Both the position numbers and the translations under genes were made by a program. The notes beneath the pieces are model-generated. The model was given only the letters and a program-made list of their open reading frames with translations, was not told the DNA's origin and searched no databases. A stretch of 63,576 nucleotides of DNA, filler included, from an uncultured Synergistales bacterium (GTDB lineage: Bacteria > Synergistota > Synergistia > Synergistales > Aminobacteriaceae): assembly GCA_937897575.1 (NCBI GenBank). It is 6 parts of 6 records of this genome, joined end to end, with 100 filler letters (N's around TTAATTAATTAA, not from the genome) between each part and the next. Parts side by side here need not be neighbours in the genome. Positions count along the whole stretch, not along the records: positions 1 to 24,730 come from CALCQG010000119.1; 5 more parts are not named here. One strand, written 5' to 3'. Of this stretch, positions 10,036 to 18,708 are shown in pieces (the stretch's first letter is position 1; each line of letters begins with the position of its first letter).

Positions 10036-10538
10036 TTCTTTTCCTTCTCCGACGACGCCCCGTCCTGCATCAACTGTTTTCGCACCATGCTCCTCTTCAG
10101 CGGGGGGAAGCTGTCGATGAGAAGCCGCCCCTCCATATGGTCCATCTCGTGCAGCATCGCCCGCGCGAGAAACCCCTCGACGTCCAGGCGATGCCTCTTT
10201 CCGTTCACGTCGTCATGTTCGACGGTGACCTTCATGGGGCGACGGACGGGGCCGTAGATCCCCGGGAAGCTGAGACACCCCTCTTCGCCGACCTGCTCCC
10301 CCTCCTGGTGTACAACCTTGGGGTTGGCGAGAACGTACAGAATCCCGCCGTGGAAGACCACGGCGATCTTGAGCGAAACGCCTATCTGCGGCGCCGCCAG
10401 CCCCACTCCGTCGTAGGTGTGCATGACCCGGGCCATGTCGGCCACGAGGTCCTTCAGATCGTCGTCGAAGGCCGTGACGGGCTTTGTCTCCTTGCGGAGC
10501 ACGGGGTCCGGAAATATTCTCAGTCGTATCTGGTTCAT
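10023..10538 (-). CDS. def: Peptide deformylase
   Basis: GVGLAAPQIG, EGCLS, HEMDH. Confidence 0.97.
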   Translation of the reverse strand: MNQIRLRIFPDPVLRKETKPVTAFDDDLKDLVADMARVMHTYDGVGLAAPQIGVSLKIAVVFHGGILYVLANPKVVHQEGEQVGEEGCLSFPGIYGPVRRPMKVTVEHDDVNGKRHRLDVEGFLARAMLHEMDHMEGRLLIDSFPPLKRSMVRKQLMQDGASSEKEKKWRT

Positions 10539-10571
10539 TCTCCTTCAAATCCCCTCTGTCTGTCGAATCAG

Positions 10572-10597
10572 AAAGGCCGCCTTGTTCGGCGGCCTTT
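10572..10597 (-). terminator. Stem-loop downstream of rpsA (possible terminator)
   Basis: AAAGGCCGCC / GGCGGCCTTT inverted repeat with a short U-tract on the minus strand. Confidence 0.55.
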
Positions 10598-10604
10598 GTC
10601 CCTG

Positions 10605-12167
10605 TCAGTCCTGGATCGAGTTCTTCAGGAACTCTCCTATGGTGATGGCAGCCTCTCCGTCATCGAGGACGACCTTCTGGGGTCGTTCGCCGTCAGGGCG
10701 GTCCTGACGGTCCTGTCTCGGCCTCCTCCGCTCTTCGCTGCGGGGCTGCCGATTGGCTCCCTCCTCGATGGCTCGTATGCTCAGGCGCATCCGCCGATCC
10801 GCCGGATTGATCTCGATGATCCGGGCAAGCACCTCCTGCCCTTCGGCGAGGACGTCCTGCGGTTTTTCAACCCGCTTCGTGCTCAGCTGGGAGATGTGGA
10901 TGAGCCCCTCCACACCCTCCTCCACTTCGACGAAGGCGCCGAAGTCCGCGATCCGGACGACCTTGACCGTGACGTCCTGATCTTTGGAGAATCTGGTCGC
11001 CACGTCGTTCCAGGGGTCGTTGAGCTGCTTGTAGCCGAGGCTCATGCGGCGTTTGTCCATGTCCACATCGAGGACGACCACATCCACCTCCTGCCCCTTC
11101 CGGATGACGTCCCTGGGGTGCTTCACTCTCGTCCAGCTCAGGTCGCCGATGTGGATGAGCCCTTCGACCCCAGGTTCGACCTCGACGAAGGCGCCGAACT
11201 CCGTCACGTTCGTGACAAGGCCCCGCGTCCTGTCCTGAGGCTTCCAGCGCGACGAGGCCGTAAGCCACGGATCCTCCTGGACCTGCTTCATGCTGAGGGA
11301 GAGGCGATTGTTCTCCCTGTCGATGCCGATCACCTTGACCTTCACGGGGTCGCCCTTCTTGAACATCTCCTTGGGCTTGACGTTCCTCTTCCACGATATT
11401 TCGCTCATGTGGACGAGGCCGTCCAGGGGGCCGACGTTCACGAATATCCCGAAGGAGGTGATGCTGCTCACCTCGCCTTCGAGGACGGTCCCCTCGTGCA
11501 CGTCCGTGTAGAACGCCTCCCGTTTCTCCCCCATCGTCTCCTCGAGGATGAGCCGGCGGGAGAACACGAGGCGATGCTTCCGCTTGTCCTTCTCCATTAA
11601 TTTAACGTCGAAGCGCTCGTCCATGAACTTCCCGGGGTTGACGCCCCGTCCCTCCTCGGCAAGGTGCGAGATGGGGACGAAGCCCTCGAGGCCGCAGCAC
11701 TCCACCATGAGCCCGCCCTTCACCTTGCGGGTTCCGGTCACGGAGACAACGTCGCTCTGGGCGAGTTTGCTCTCAAGCTCATTCCAGCGTCTGTCGAACT
11801 CGCTCCGCCACCTGCTGACGAGAAGCTGCGCCTCTTCGCCGTGGCGGATGCTGACGACCTGAACCTGGATCTGATCGCCTATCGAAGGTTTTTCGGCATC
11901 GCCCACCAGAACCCTGTGGGTCCACTCCTTCGCCGGAAGGAAACCCTCGCACTTGTAGCCCGCGTCCACAAGCCATCCATTCTCCGACTCTTCGACCACC
12001 GTACCCGTTACGATCTTGCCCTTGTGCAGCGATTCCACATCGCCGTACCGCTCGAGGATGCTCTCCATGCTCTCCATTTCAGGAGCGGCAGCAGCAACCC
12101 CTTCCTCTTCGTGAAGCTCTTCGTGAAGCTCTTCGTGAAGCTCTTCATGCACCATCTCGTCCGTCAT
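10605..12167 (-). CDS. rpsA: 30S ribosomal protein S1
   Basis: Multiple S1 repeats ([30 protein letters not shown]); follows ispH. Confidence 0.93.
   Translation of the reverse strand: MTDEMVHEELHEELHEELHEEEGVAAAAPEMESMESILERYGDVESLHKGKIVTGTVVEESENGWLVDAGYKCEGFLPAKEWTHRVLVGDAEKPSIGDQIQVQVVSIRHGEEAQLLVSRWRSEFDRRWNELESKLAQSDVVSVTGTRKVKGGLMVECCGLEGFVPISHLAEEGRGVNPGKFMDERFDVKLMEKDKRKHRLVFSRRLILEETMGEKREAFYTDVHEGTVLEGEVSSITSFGIFVNVGPLDGLVHMSEISWKRNVKPKEMFKKGDPVKVKVIGIDRENNRLSLSMKQVQEDPWLTASSRWKPQDRTRGLVTNVTEFGAFVEVEPGVEGLIHIGDLSWTRVKHPRDVIRKGQEVDVVVLDVDMDKRRMSLGYKQLNDPWNDVATRFSKDQDVTVKVVRIADFGAFVEVEEGVEGLIHISQLSTKRVEKPQDVLAEGQEVLARIIEINPADRRMRLSIRAIEEGANRQPRSEERRRPRQDRQDRPDGERPQKVVLDDGEAAITIGEFLKNSIQD
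12105..12149 (-). repeat. 12-bp tandem repeat (about 3.75 copies) encoding HEEL repeats at the S1 N-terminus
   Basis: (CTCTTCGTGAAG)x3 followed by CTCTTCATG on the + strand. Confidence 0.9.
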
Positions 12168-13068
12168 ACCCTTCCATCCCCCTTGCGCCCTTTGTCTTTT
12201 CTATCGTTCTTTTCACATCTTCGACCAGCCAATCAGGAGTACTCGCGCCGGCGGCAAGACCGATCCGCGCTTTCCCCGCACACCACCTCCCGTCAAGTTC
12301 ACCGGCGTGCTCAATCCACAGGACGTCTTTCTGTCCCGAACGGGCTATCTCCATGAGTTTCGCGGTATTGGCGCTGTTTCTTCCGCCTATGACAATGATA
12401 CCATCTACGCGCTTGGAAAGCGCGCGAACGGCCTCCTGCCTTCGGGAGGTCGCGCCGCAGATCGTGTTGAAAACGCGCAACTCCCCTACCTTGGGGGCGA
12501 GAATCCTCACGGCGCTTCCCAGAAAATCCGCCCTCTGCGTCGTCTGCGATATTACTCCCAACCGCTCCATTCTGCCAAGCCCCCGAACCTGAGAAAGAGT
12601 CCGGGCAACGTGCACTGTCCCCGTCGAAAAGCCGACAATTCCCTGTACCTCGGGGTGTCCCGGGTCGCCCAGCACGAGAAGGGGGTACCCTTCGCGACAG
12701 AGCAGTGCAGCCTTCGTCTGCGCATTCTGGACGAAGGGGCAGGTGCCGTCGGTGATATCGCCGCATCGCACCGCCAGAATCCTCATCTCTTCCGGGGGGA
12801 TGCCGTGGGCCCGGATGAAACAGGGGGCCCCCTCGGGGACGTCCTCTATGCAGTCCACAACCTCCAGCCCCATGGTCCGGAGGCGTTCGACCTCCTGAGG
12901 GTTGTGGATCGGCATGCCGATGGAGTAGACCGTCCCGCGCCCCCCCGATCGGGCACACTCGGCAATCCGGTGCTCAAGGCTCTGGATCGCCCGCCGCACT
13001 CCGAAACAGAACCCCGTGGGGACCGCCTTCTCGACCTCGGCGGCCAGACTTCGACCGTCATCTCTCAA
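12145..13068 (-). CDS. ispH: 4-hydroxy-3-methylbut-2-enyl diphosphate reductase
   Basis: [43 protein letters not shown]; start approximate. Confidence 0.95.
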   Translation of the reverse strand: MRDDGRSLAAEVEKAVPTGFCFGVRRAIQSLEHRIAECARSGGRGTVYSIGMPIHNPQEVERLRTMGLEVVDCIEDVPEGAPCFIRAHGIPPEEMRILAVRCGDITDGTCPFVQNAQTKAALLCREGYPLLVLGDPGHPEVQGIVGFSTGTVHVARTLSQVRGLGRMERLGVISQTTQRADFLGSAVRILAPKVGELRVFNTICGATSRRQEAVRALSKRVDGIIVIGGRNSANTAKLMEIARSGQKDVLWIEHAGELDGRWCAGKARIGLAAGASTPDWLVEDVKRTIEKTKGARGMEGYDGRDGA

Positions 13069-14023
13069 GGTGCGCCCGGACCTCCCTCTCCACCTCATCC
13101 GCCAGGTCCGGAACCGACCGGCACGTCGTATCATACCACACCGCAGGAGAAAATTTGCTGAACCACGTCATCTGACGGCGCGAAAAAGCCTTCGTCTTGC
13201 TCGCGTCCCGGTCCATGGCCTCCTCGAGCGTACAGGCTCCCCGGAGGTGCTCCAGGATCTCCCGGTAGCCAAACCCCTGCATGGACGGAAACCGCTCGTC
13301 GAATCCCTTGGAGAGGAGCCAGGCGACCTCGTCGACGTAGCCTGCGGCGAACTGCTCCCGGACGCGGCGTTTGATGGTCTCGAAGAGGAGCTTTCTCTGC
13401 CGGTTCAGGCCGATGTAAAGCACGTCGTAGGGCCGCGAGGGCTCCATCTTCTCGTTGGTCCTGTACAGCTCCGAGGCGGGACGTCCTGTCAGCCTGTATA
13501 TCTCGAGGCTCCGCACCACACGGCGGACATCGTTCGGGTGAAGCCGGTCGGCGGTCTCGCCGTCGACGGCCCGGAGCATGCCATGCAGCGCCTCCCGCCC
13601 CTCCAGTTGGGCGATTCCCTCAAGCTCCCGGCGAAGCCCTTCGTCCTTGGGCAGCTGGTCGGAGAGGGTCGAGCCGAAGAGGGCCTCGAAGTAAAAGGGC
13701 GTCCCCCCGACAAAGAGGGGAATCCTGCCCCGCTCCGTCATGCGCCGGACGGCGTCGCGGGCCAGAACGACGAAGTCCGCGGCGCTGAAGACCTCGTCCG
13801 GGTCCGAGACGTCGATGAGGTGATGGATGACCTGCCGCCGCAGGTCTGCGGAGATTTTGTCCGTCCCCACATCCAGGTAGCGATAGACCTGTCTCGAATC
13901 GACCGAGACGATCTCCGCCCCGATGCGTTCGGCGAGGAGGAGGCTGAGGGCCGTCTTGCCCACGGCCGTCGGTCCGATGATGGCGATAACGGGTATCCGT
14001 GCGAAATCGGCCAGCGGACTCAC
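13058..14023 (-). CDS. miaA: tRNA dimethylallyltransferase
   Basis: GPTAVGKT, DSRQVY, GTDK, GGTPFY, RRQMTWF; GTG start overlaps the mutL stop. Confidence 0.95.
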   Translation of the reverse strand: MSPLADFARIPVIAIIGPTAVGKTALSLLLAERIGAEIVSVDSRQVYRYLDVGTDKISADLRRQVIHHLIDVSDPDEVFSAADFVVLARDAVRRMTERGRIPLFVGGTPFYFEALFGSTLSDQLPKDEGLRRELEGIAQLEGREALHGMLRAVDGETADRLHPNDVRRVVRSLEIYRLTGRPASELYRTNEKMEPSRPYDVLYIGLNRQRKLLFETIKRRVREQFAAGYVDEVAWLLSKGFDERFPSMQGFGYREILEHLRGACTLEEAMDRDASKTKAFSRRQMTWFSKFSPAVWYDTTCRSVPDLADEVEREVRAHLER

Positions 14024-15729
14024 TCCCTTCCGAAAAAGGACTCGAGCTTCTCTTTCGAGAGGACGAGGACCGTGGGACGACCGTGGGGGCAGGACCACGG
14101 GGCGGAGCAGGACGTCAGATCCCGCCACAGCGAGAGGCACTCTGACGGCGACATGGCCGCCCCCAGTTTCACCGACAGGCCGCAGGCGATAGTGGCCAGC
14201 CTCCTCCAGAGGGTGTCCTCCAGGGTCCCCTTTCGATCCTCGTTCCACTCCAGCAGGACGCCGCGCAGCAGTCGGACCGGGTCCTCCCCGGCGTCGCCAA
14301 GGAGGGTGGGAAAGGCATCGACGGCGAAAACGCCGTCCTGATCCGAAAAGCGGAAGCCCGCCGTCTCGAGGCCGTCTCTGTGCTCTCTGGCGGAGGCGGC
14401 AAGCGAGGGCGGCAGCGGGAGAGGCACAGCGCAGCGCTGCACCGTGCGCGACGCCATCGAAAGACGCTGCATCCGCTCGTAACCGATGCGTTCGTGGGCT
14501 GCGTGGGGGTCCATGACGACCACCCCCTCCTCCGTCTCGAAGACGAGGTACCCCGACGCGATCTGTCCGAGGAAGCGGACCCCTTCCGGTTCGAAGGCCG
14601 GAACGGCTTCCTCCGGTGCCGACTCCTCCCGATCCTGAATGAACCCCGAAGGGGCCGCCACTCGGCCGAAGAGGGGTCCCTCCACCGGCTTTCCCCGCTC
14701 GTGGAAGGACCACCCGGCCGAGGGAGCCGGCGAGCTACCGCCCGGAATCGGAGGGATCGCCGGCATGGCCGGAGCCTCCCCCGACAGGCAGAGCACCGCC
14801 TGCTGCACCGCGTCGAAGACCTCCCCGGGGTAGCGAAACCGGACCTCCGCCTTGGCGGGGTGGATGTTCACGTCCACCACGTCGGGCGCACAGGAGAAGA
14901 GGAGGACCCAGTTTCCCGGCAGGGAGCGGCAGAGGCTGCCTGCGGCACCCCTGATGACGGGGTCGGACAGGGCCCGCCCGTTGACGAAGGCCGTAACATC
15001 GCTCCTCGCCCTCCCCGGAAAGGGCATGCACCAGCACTCGAGCTGAAGGTTCGCCGTCCGCACCGTGCCGTGGCGCAGGTCTCCCCCGTCGCCCCAGAGC
15101 GATCGCAGCACGCCCTCCCGGTCTCCGTCGCCCGTGGACGAGAAGCCGGCCCTCCCGTCGTGGAACTCCGAAAAACGAAGGGACGGATAGGCCACGGCCA
15201 TGTCCCGGACCAGGGACGAGACCCTGCGCCATTCCGAGGCGGCAGACTTCAGGAATTTTTTTCGGGCCGGGAGCGTGCAGAAGAGGTCCTCCACGGAGAG
15301 GCTCGTGCCCTTGGCGCAGGGCGCCGGAACATGGAGGACAACCCGCCCGCCCTCGACGCGGATGAGCCCTCCGAGCTCGTCTCCCTCCCGCCGGGACCGT
15401 ATCTCCAGCTTGCTCACGGCGGCGATGCTCGCAAGAGCCTCGCCTCTGAACCCGAGGGAACGGATCGTCTCGAGCTCCTCCACGGAGCTGATCTTGCTCG
15501 TCCCGTGGCGCGCCACGGCAAGGGGCAGGTCGTCGAAGGCCATGCCCTCGCCGTCGTCCTCGACGACGATGCGGACCTTTCCGCCCTCGAAGAGGGAGAC
15601 CCGGATATCCCGGGCCCCGGCGTCGAGGGCGTTCTCGACGGCCTCCTTCACGACGGAGACCGGTCGCTCCACCACTTCGCCCGCCGCGATGCGCGAGTAG
15701 ACCGCCTCAGGGAGAAGGGATATTTTCAG
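14020..15729 (-). CDS. mutL: DNA mismatch repair protein MutL (probable CTG start)
   Basis: IAAGEVVERP, ENALDAGA, GFRGEAL, DVNIHPAK, DPHAAHER, CPHGRP. Confidence 0.95.
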   Translation of the reverse strand: MKISLLPEAVYSRIAAGEVVERPVSVVKEAVENALDAGARDIRVSLFEGGKVRIVVEDDGEGMAFDDLPLAVARHGTSKISSVEELETIRSLGFRGEALASIAAVSKLEIRSRREGDELGGLIRVEGGRVVLHVPAPCAKGTSLSVEDLFCTLPARKKFLKSAASEWRRVSSLVRDMAVAYPSLRFSEFHDGRAGFSSTGDGDREGVLRSLWGDGGDLRHGTVRTANLQLECWCMPFPGRARSDVTAFVNGRALSDPVIRGAAGSLCRSLPGNWVLLFSCAPDVVDVNIHPAKAEVRFRYPGEVFDAVQQAVLCLSGEAPAMPAIPPIPGGSSPAPSAGWSFHERGKPVEGPLFGRVAAPSGFIQDREESAPEEAVPAFEPEGVRFLGQIASGYLVFETEEGVVVMDPHAAHERIGYERMQRLSMASRTVQRCAVPLPLPPSLAASAREHRDGLETAGFRFSDQDGVFAVDAFPTLLGDAGEDPVRLLRGVLLEWNEDRKGTLEDTLWRRLATIACGLSVKLGAAMSPSECLSLWRDLTSCSAPWSCPHGRPTVLVLSKEKLESFFGRE

Positions 15730-18292
15730 ATCGAAGCACCTCCCGGCTTTTTTCGTGCAACTTGTAGAGCAGTTCAAGGGCCCTGAAGGGCGTGAGGCCG
15801 TCGGGGTCGAGGGAGGCCAGCTCCTCCACGAGGCCGTGGCGCTCCGAGTCGAAGAGGGCCAGCTGACGCTCTTCTCCGCCCTTCACCGGCTCTTTCGGGA
15901 AATTCTCCGTCCTGTCCTCGCTCTCGAAGCGCTGGAGCAGGTCGAAGGCCCGGTTCAGAACCGGCCTGGGGATGCCCGCCAGGCGCGCCACCTCGATCCC
16001 GTAGGATCGGTCGGCGCTCCCCTTCACGACCTGGTGGAGGAAGTGGACGGTCCCCTTGTCCTCCTTCACGGCCATGCTGAGGTTCTCGATCTGCGGAAAG
16101 CGCTCCTCGAGGCAGCTGAGCTCGTGATAGTGCGTGGCGAAGAGCACCTTCGGGCGGACAGGCAGGCCGTCTGCGAGGTATTCGAGCACCGCCCAGGCGA
16201 TGCTCATGCCGTCGTAGGTCGACGTCCCGCGCCCCACCTCGTCGAGGATCACGAGACTGCGGTCCGTCACGTTGTGCAGGATATTCGCCGTCTCGATCAT
16301 CTCCACCATGAAGGTGCTGTTGCCCGCCGCAAGATCGTCCCGCGCCCCGATGCGCGTGAAGATGTGGTCGCAGAGCCCTATCTCCGCCGCCTCGGCCGGG
16401 ATGAACCCCCCCATCTGGGCCATGAGGACGAGCAGAGCGGCCATGCGCAGGTAGGTGGACTTCCCCGCCATGTTGGGGCCCGTGAGGATGGCGATTCGTT
16501 TGCCCGAATGGACGAGGCGGAGGGTGTTCGGCACGAAGGCGGCTCCGGCGAGGACGTCCTCCACCACGGGGTGCCGTCCGTTCAGCACCGAGAGGTCATG
16601 CCCCTCGTTCAATCCGGGGCGGATGTAGCGCTTCTCGGCGGCAACCTCCGCCAGGGACGCCAGGACGTCGAGGGTCGCCAGGATATCGCCGAGCCTCTGG
16701 ATGTCCCCCACCTGTTCGAGGGTCCTGGCGACGAGGGCGTCGTAGAGCGCCTCCTCCCTGCGGGCGATCTCGTCGCCCGCGGAACGCATCTTCTCCTCGA
16801 AGACTCCTATCTCCTCCGTCACGAAGCGCTCGGCGTTCACCAGGGTCTGTTTCCGGATGAAGTTCGAGGGCACGGAGGCGAGGGCCGTCTTGCTCACCTC
16901 GAGGTAGTACCCGTATATCTTGTTATAGCCCGTCCTGATCTTCGAGAGCCCCGTCTCGGCGCGCACCTTCGCCAGATAGGCCTCGAGCCAGTCCGACGCG
17001 CCCGAGGCCACATCCCTCCACTCGTCGAGCTCCCCATCATAGCCCCTTTTTATGACGTCCCCCGCCGTCCGGGCCCGCGGCAGCTCCTCCTCGAGGGCGG
17101 CGCAGAGCACCCCGGCAAGGCTCGAGAACTCCGGAAGATCGTCCGCCCACGGAGCCAGAGGCCCTCCGCACAGCGGCAGGAGGGACGGCAGCAGCCTCAG
17201 TGTGTCCCGAATCGCCCCCATATCCCGTGGGCCGCCGGTCCCCAGGCTGAGCCGCGACGAGGACCGCTCCACGTCGCGGCATTCGGCCAGCAGGCCCCGG
17301 AGCATCCGGCGCTCCCGATGGTTCGAGAGCAGATGTTCCACGGCGTCCTGGCGCTTCTTCAACGGTTCGAGGGCTGTCAGCGGCCGGAGCATCCACTCCC
17401 TGAGCTTCCGCCGGCCCATGGTCGAACGGCACCGGTTCAGGGTGCCGTAGAGGGAGGGGCGCCCCTCGTCGAAGAGCTCCAGGTTCCGCTGCGTGGCGAT
17501 GTCCAGGTGCAGATACTCCTTCGACTGCAGCGGATGAAGGCGACGCACGTACTCCACGGCGCCGAACTGGGTCTCGTGCAGGTATTTCAGGACGGCGGCG
17601 GAGGCCCCCGCCTCAGGCGAACCGTCCTCCACGCCGAAGGACGACAGGGAGGACAGGCCCCACTGCTCGCAGAGCCACTTCGTTCCGGACAGGGGGCTGA
17701 AGAACTCCCCGCTCCTCGGGATGAGGAAGTAGTCCGCCGAGAGGGAGGCCGTCCCGGGGAATGAAAAGCCCTTCGGGTGCAGCAGCTCGCCCGGAGCGAA
17801 GGCCTCGAGGAGGGACAGGGTCTCCTCGAGGGACAGCTTTCCCGCCTCGAGGCGCCCCGTCTCGACGGACAGCAGCGCGACGGCGAAGCCGTCCTCCGAC
17901 GGGGTCACGGCGGCAAGATGCCCGCCCGTGCCCGCCTCCTCGGGGACGTAGGTGCCGGGCGTGACGATGCGGATGACCTTTCGGTCCACGAGCGCTCTTC
18001 CGTCGGGCTCGCTCACCTGATCGCAGATGGCGACCTTGCATCCGGCGCGGACGAGGCGCCCGAGATAGCCGCTCACGGAGTGCCAGGGTACCCCGGCCAT
18101 GGGGATGCTCTTCGACGGATCGCGGGCCGTGAGGGTGATGTCGAGGATCTCCGAGGCCTTCTTCGCGTCGTCGAAGAACATCTCGTAGAAGTCCCCCATG
18201 CGGAAGAAGAGGATGCAGTCGGGGTATTTCTCCTTCCACTCCCGGTACTGGACGAGCATGGGGGTCATCTTGACGTCGGCCGGAAGCACCAT
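15707..18292 (-). CDS. mutS: DNA mismatch repair protein MutS
   Basis: FRMGDFYEMF, TGPNMAGKST, STFMVEM, DEVGRGT, ATHY, SYGIEVA. Confidence 0.97.
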   Translation of the reverse strand: MVLPADVKMTPMLVQYREWKEKYPDCILFFRMGDFYEMFFDDAKKASEILDITLTARDPSKSIPMAGVPWHSVSGYLGRLVRAGCKVAICDQVSEPDGRALVDRKVIRIVTPGTYVPEEAGTGGHLAAVTPSEDGFAVALLSVETGRLEAGKLSLEETLSLLEAFAPGELLHPKGFSFPGTASLSADYFLIPRSGEFFSPLSGTKWLCEQWGLSSLSSFGVEDGSPEAGASAAVLKYLHETQFGAVEYVRRLHPLQSKEYLHLDIATQRNLELFDEGRPSLYGTLNRCRSTMGRRKLREWMLRPLTALEPLKKRQDAVEHLLSNHRERRMLRGLLAECRDVERSSSRLSLGTGGPRDMGAIRDTLRLLPSLLPLCGGPLAPWADDLPEFSSLAGVLCAALEEELPRARTAGDVIKRGYDGELDEWRDVASGASDWLEAYLAKVRAETGLSKIRTGYNKIYGYYLEVSKTALASVPSNFIRKQTLVNAERFVTEEIGVFEEKMRSAGDEIARREEALYDALVARTLEQVGDIQRLGDILATLDVLASLAEVAAEKRYIRPGLNEGHDLSVLNGRHPVVEDVLAGAAFVPNTLRLVHSGKRIAILTGPNMAGKSTYLRMAALLVLMAQMGGFIPAEAAEIGLCDHIFTRIGARDDLAAGNSTFMVEMIETANILHNVTDRSLVILDEVGRGTSTYDGMSIAWAVLEYLADGLPVRPKVLFATHYHELSCLEERFPQIENLSMAVKEDKGTVHFLHQVVKGSADRSYGIEVARLAGIPRPVLNRAFDLLQRFESEDRTENFPKEPVKGGEERQLALFDSERHGLVEELASLDPDGLTPFRALELLYKLHEKSREVLRSENIPSP

Positions 18293-18708
18293 CAGACCGA
18301 CCTCCGCCTGTCGAGCCAGCTTTGGAGGATCAGCGCCGCCGCGACCTTGTCCACGGTCCCCTTCCGTTTTTTTCGGGACATGTCCGCCTCGATAAGGGCC
18401 TGTTGCGCCACAGCCGTCGAGAAGCGCTCGTCGTACAGCTCCACCGTCCGGTCCGGATATCTGCCACGCAGCATCTCGGCGCACTCCTCGGCTCGAAGGG
18501 CCTCGGGGCCACGGCGTCCGTCCGTCCGGATCGGCATGCCGACGAGGAGGACCTCAGGGTCGTACTCGTCGACGAGGGCATCCAGCCGGACCAGCCAGGG
18601 GCCTTCCGCGGCGAGAACGGCGATCCCCTGGGCGAACATCCCCAGGGGATCACTCACCGCGACGCCTATGCGGACGGTCCCCAGGTCGAGCGCGATCGTC
18701 CGTCTCAT
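18292..18708 (-). CDS. ruvX: RuvX/YqgF pre-16S rRNA nuclease
   Basis: ALDLGTVRIGVAVSD, VGMP, DERFST, VDKVAAALIL; follows alaS. Confidence 0.93.
   Translation of the reverse strand: MRRTIALDLGTVRIGVAVSDPLGMFAQGIAVLAAEGPWLVRLDALVDEYDPEVLLVGMPIRTDGRRGPEALRAEECAEMLRGRYPDRTVELYDERFSTAVAQQALIEADMSRKKRKGTVDKVAAALILQSWLDRRRSV

Noticed and set aside
10605..13068. IspH-RpsA fusion as seen in some Firmicutes
   Set aside because: The genes are in different frames; ispH has its own stop and rpsA its own purine-rich RBS and ATG.
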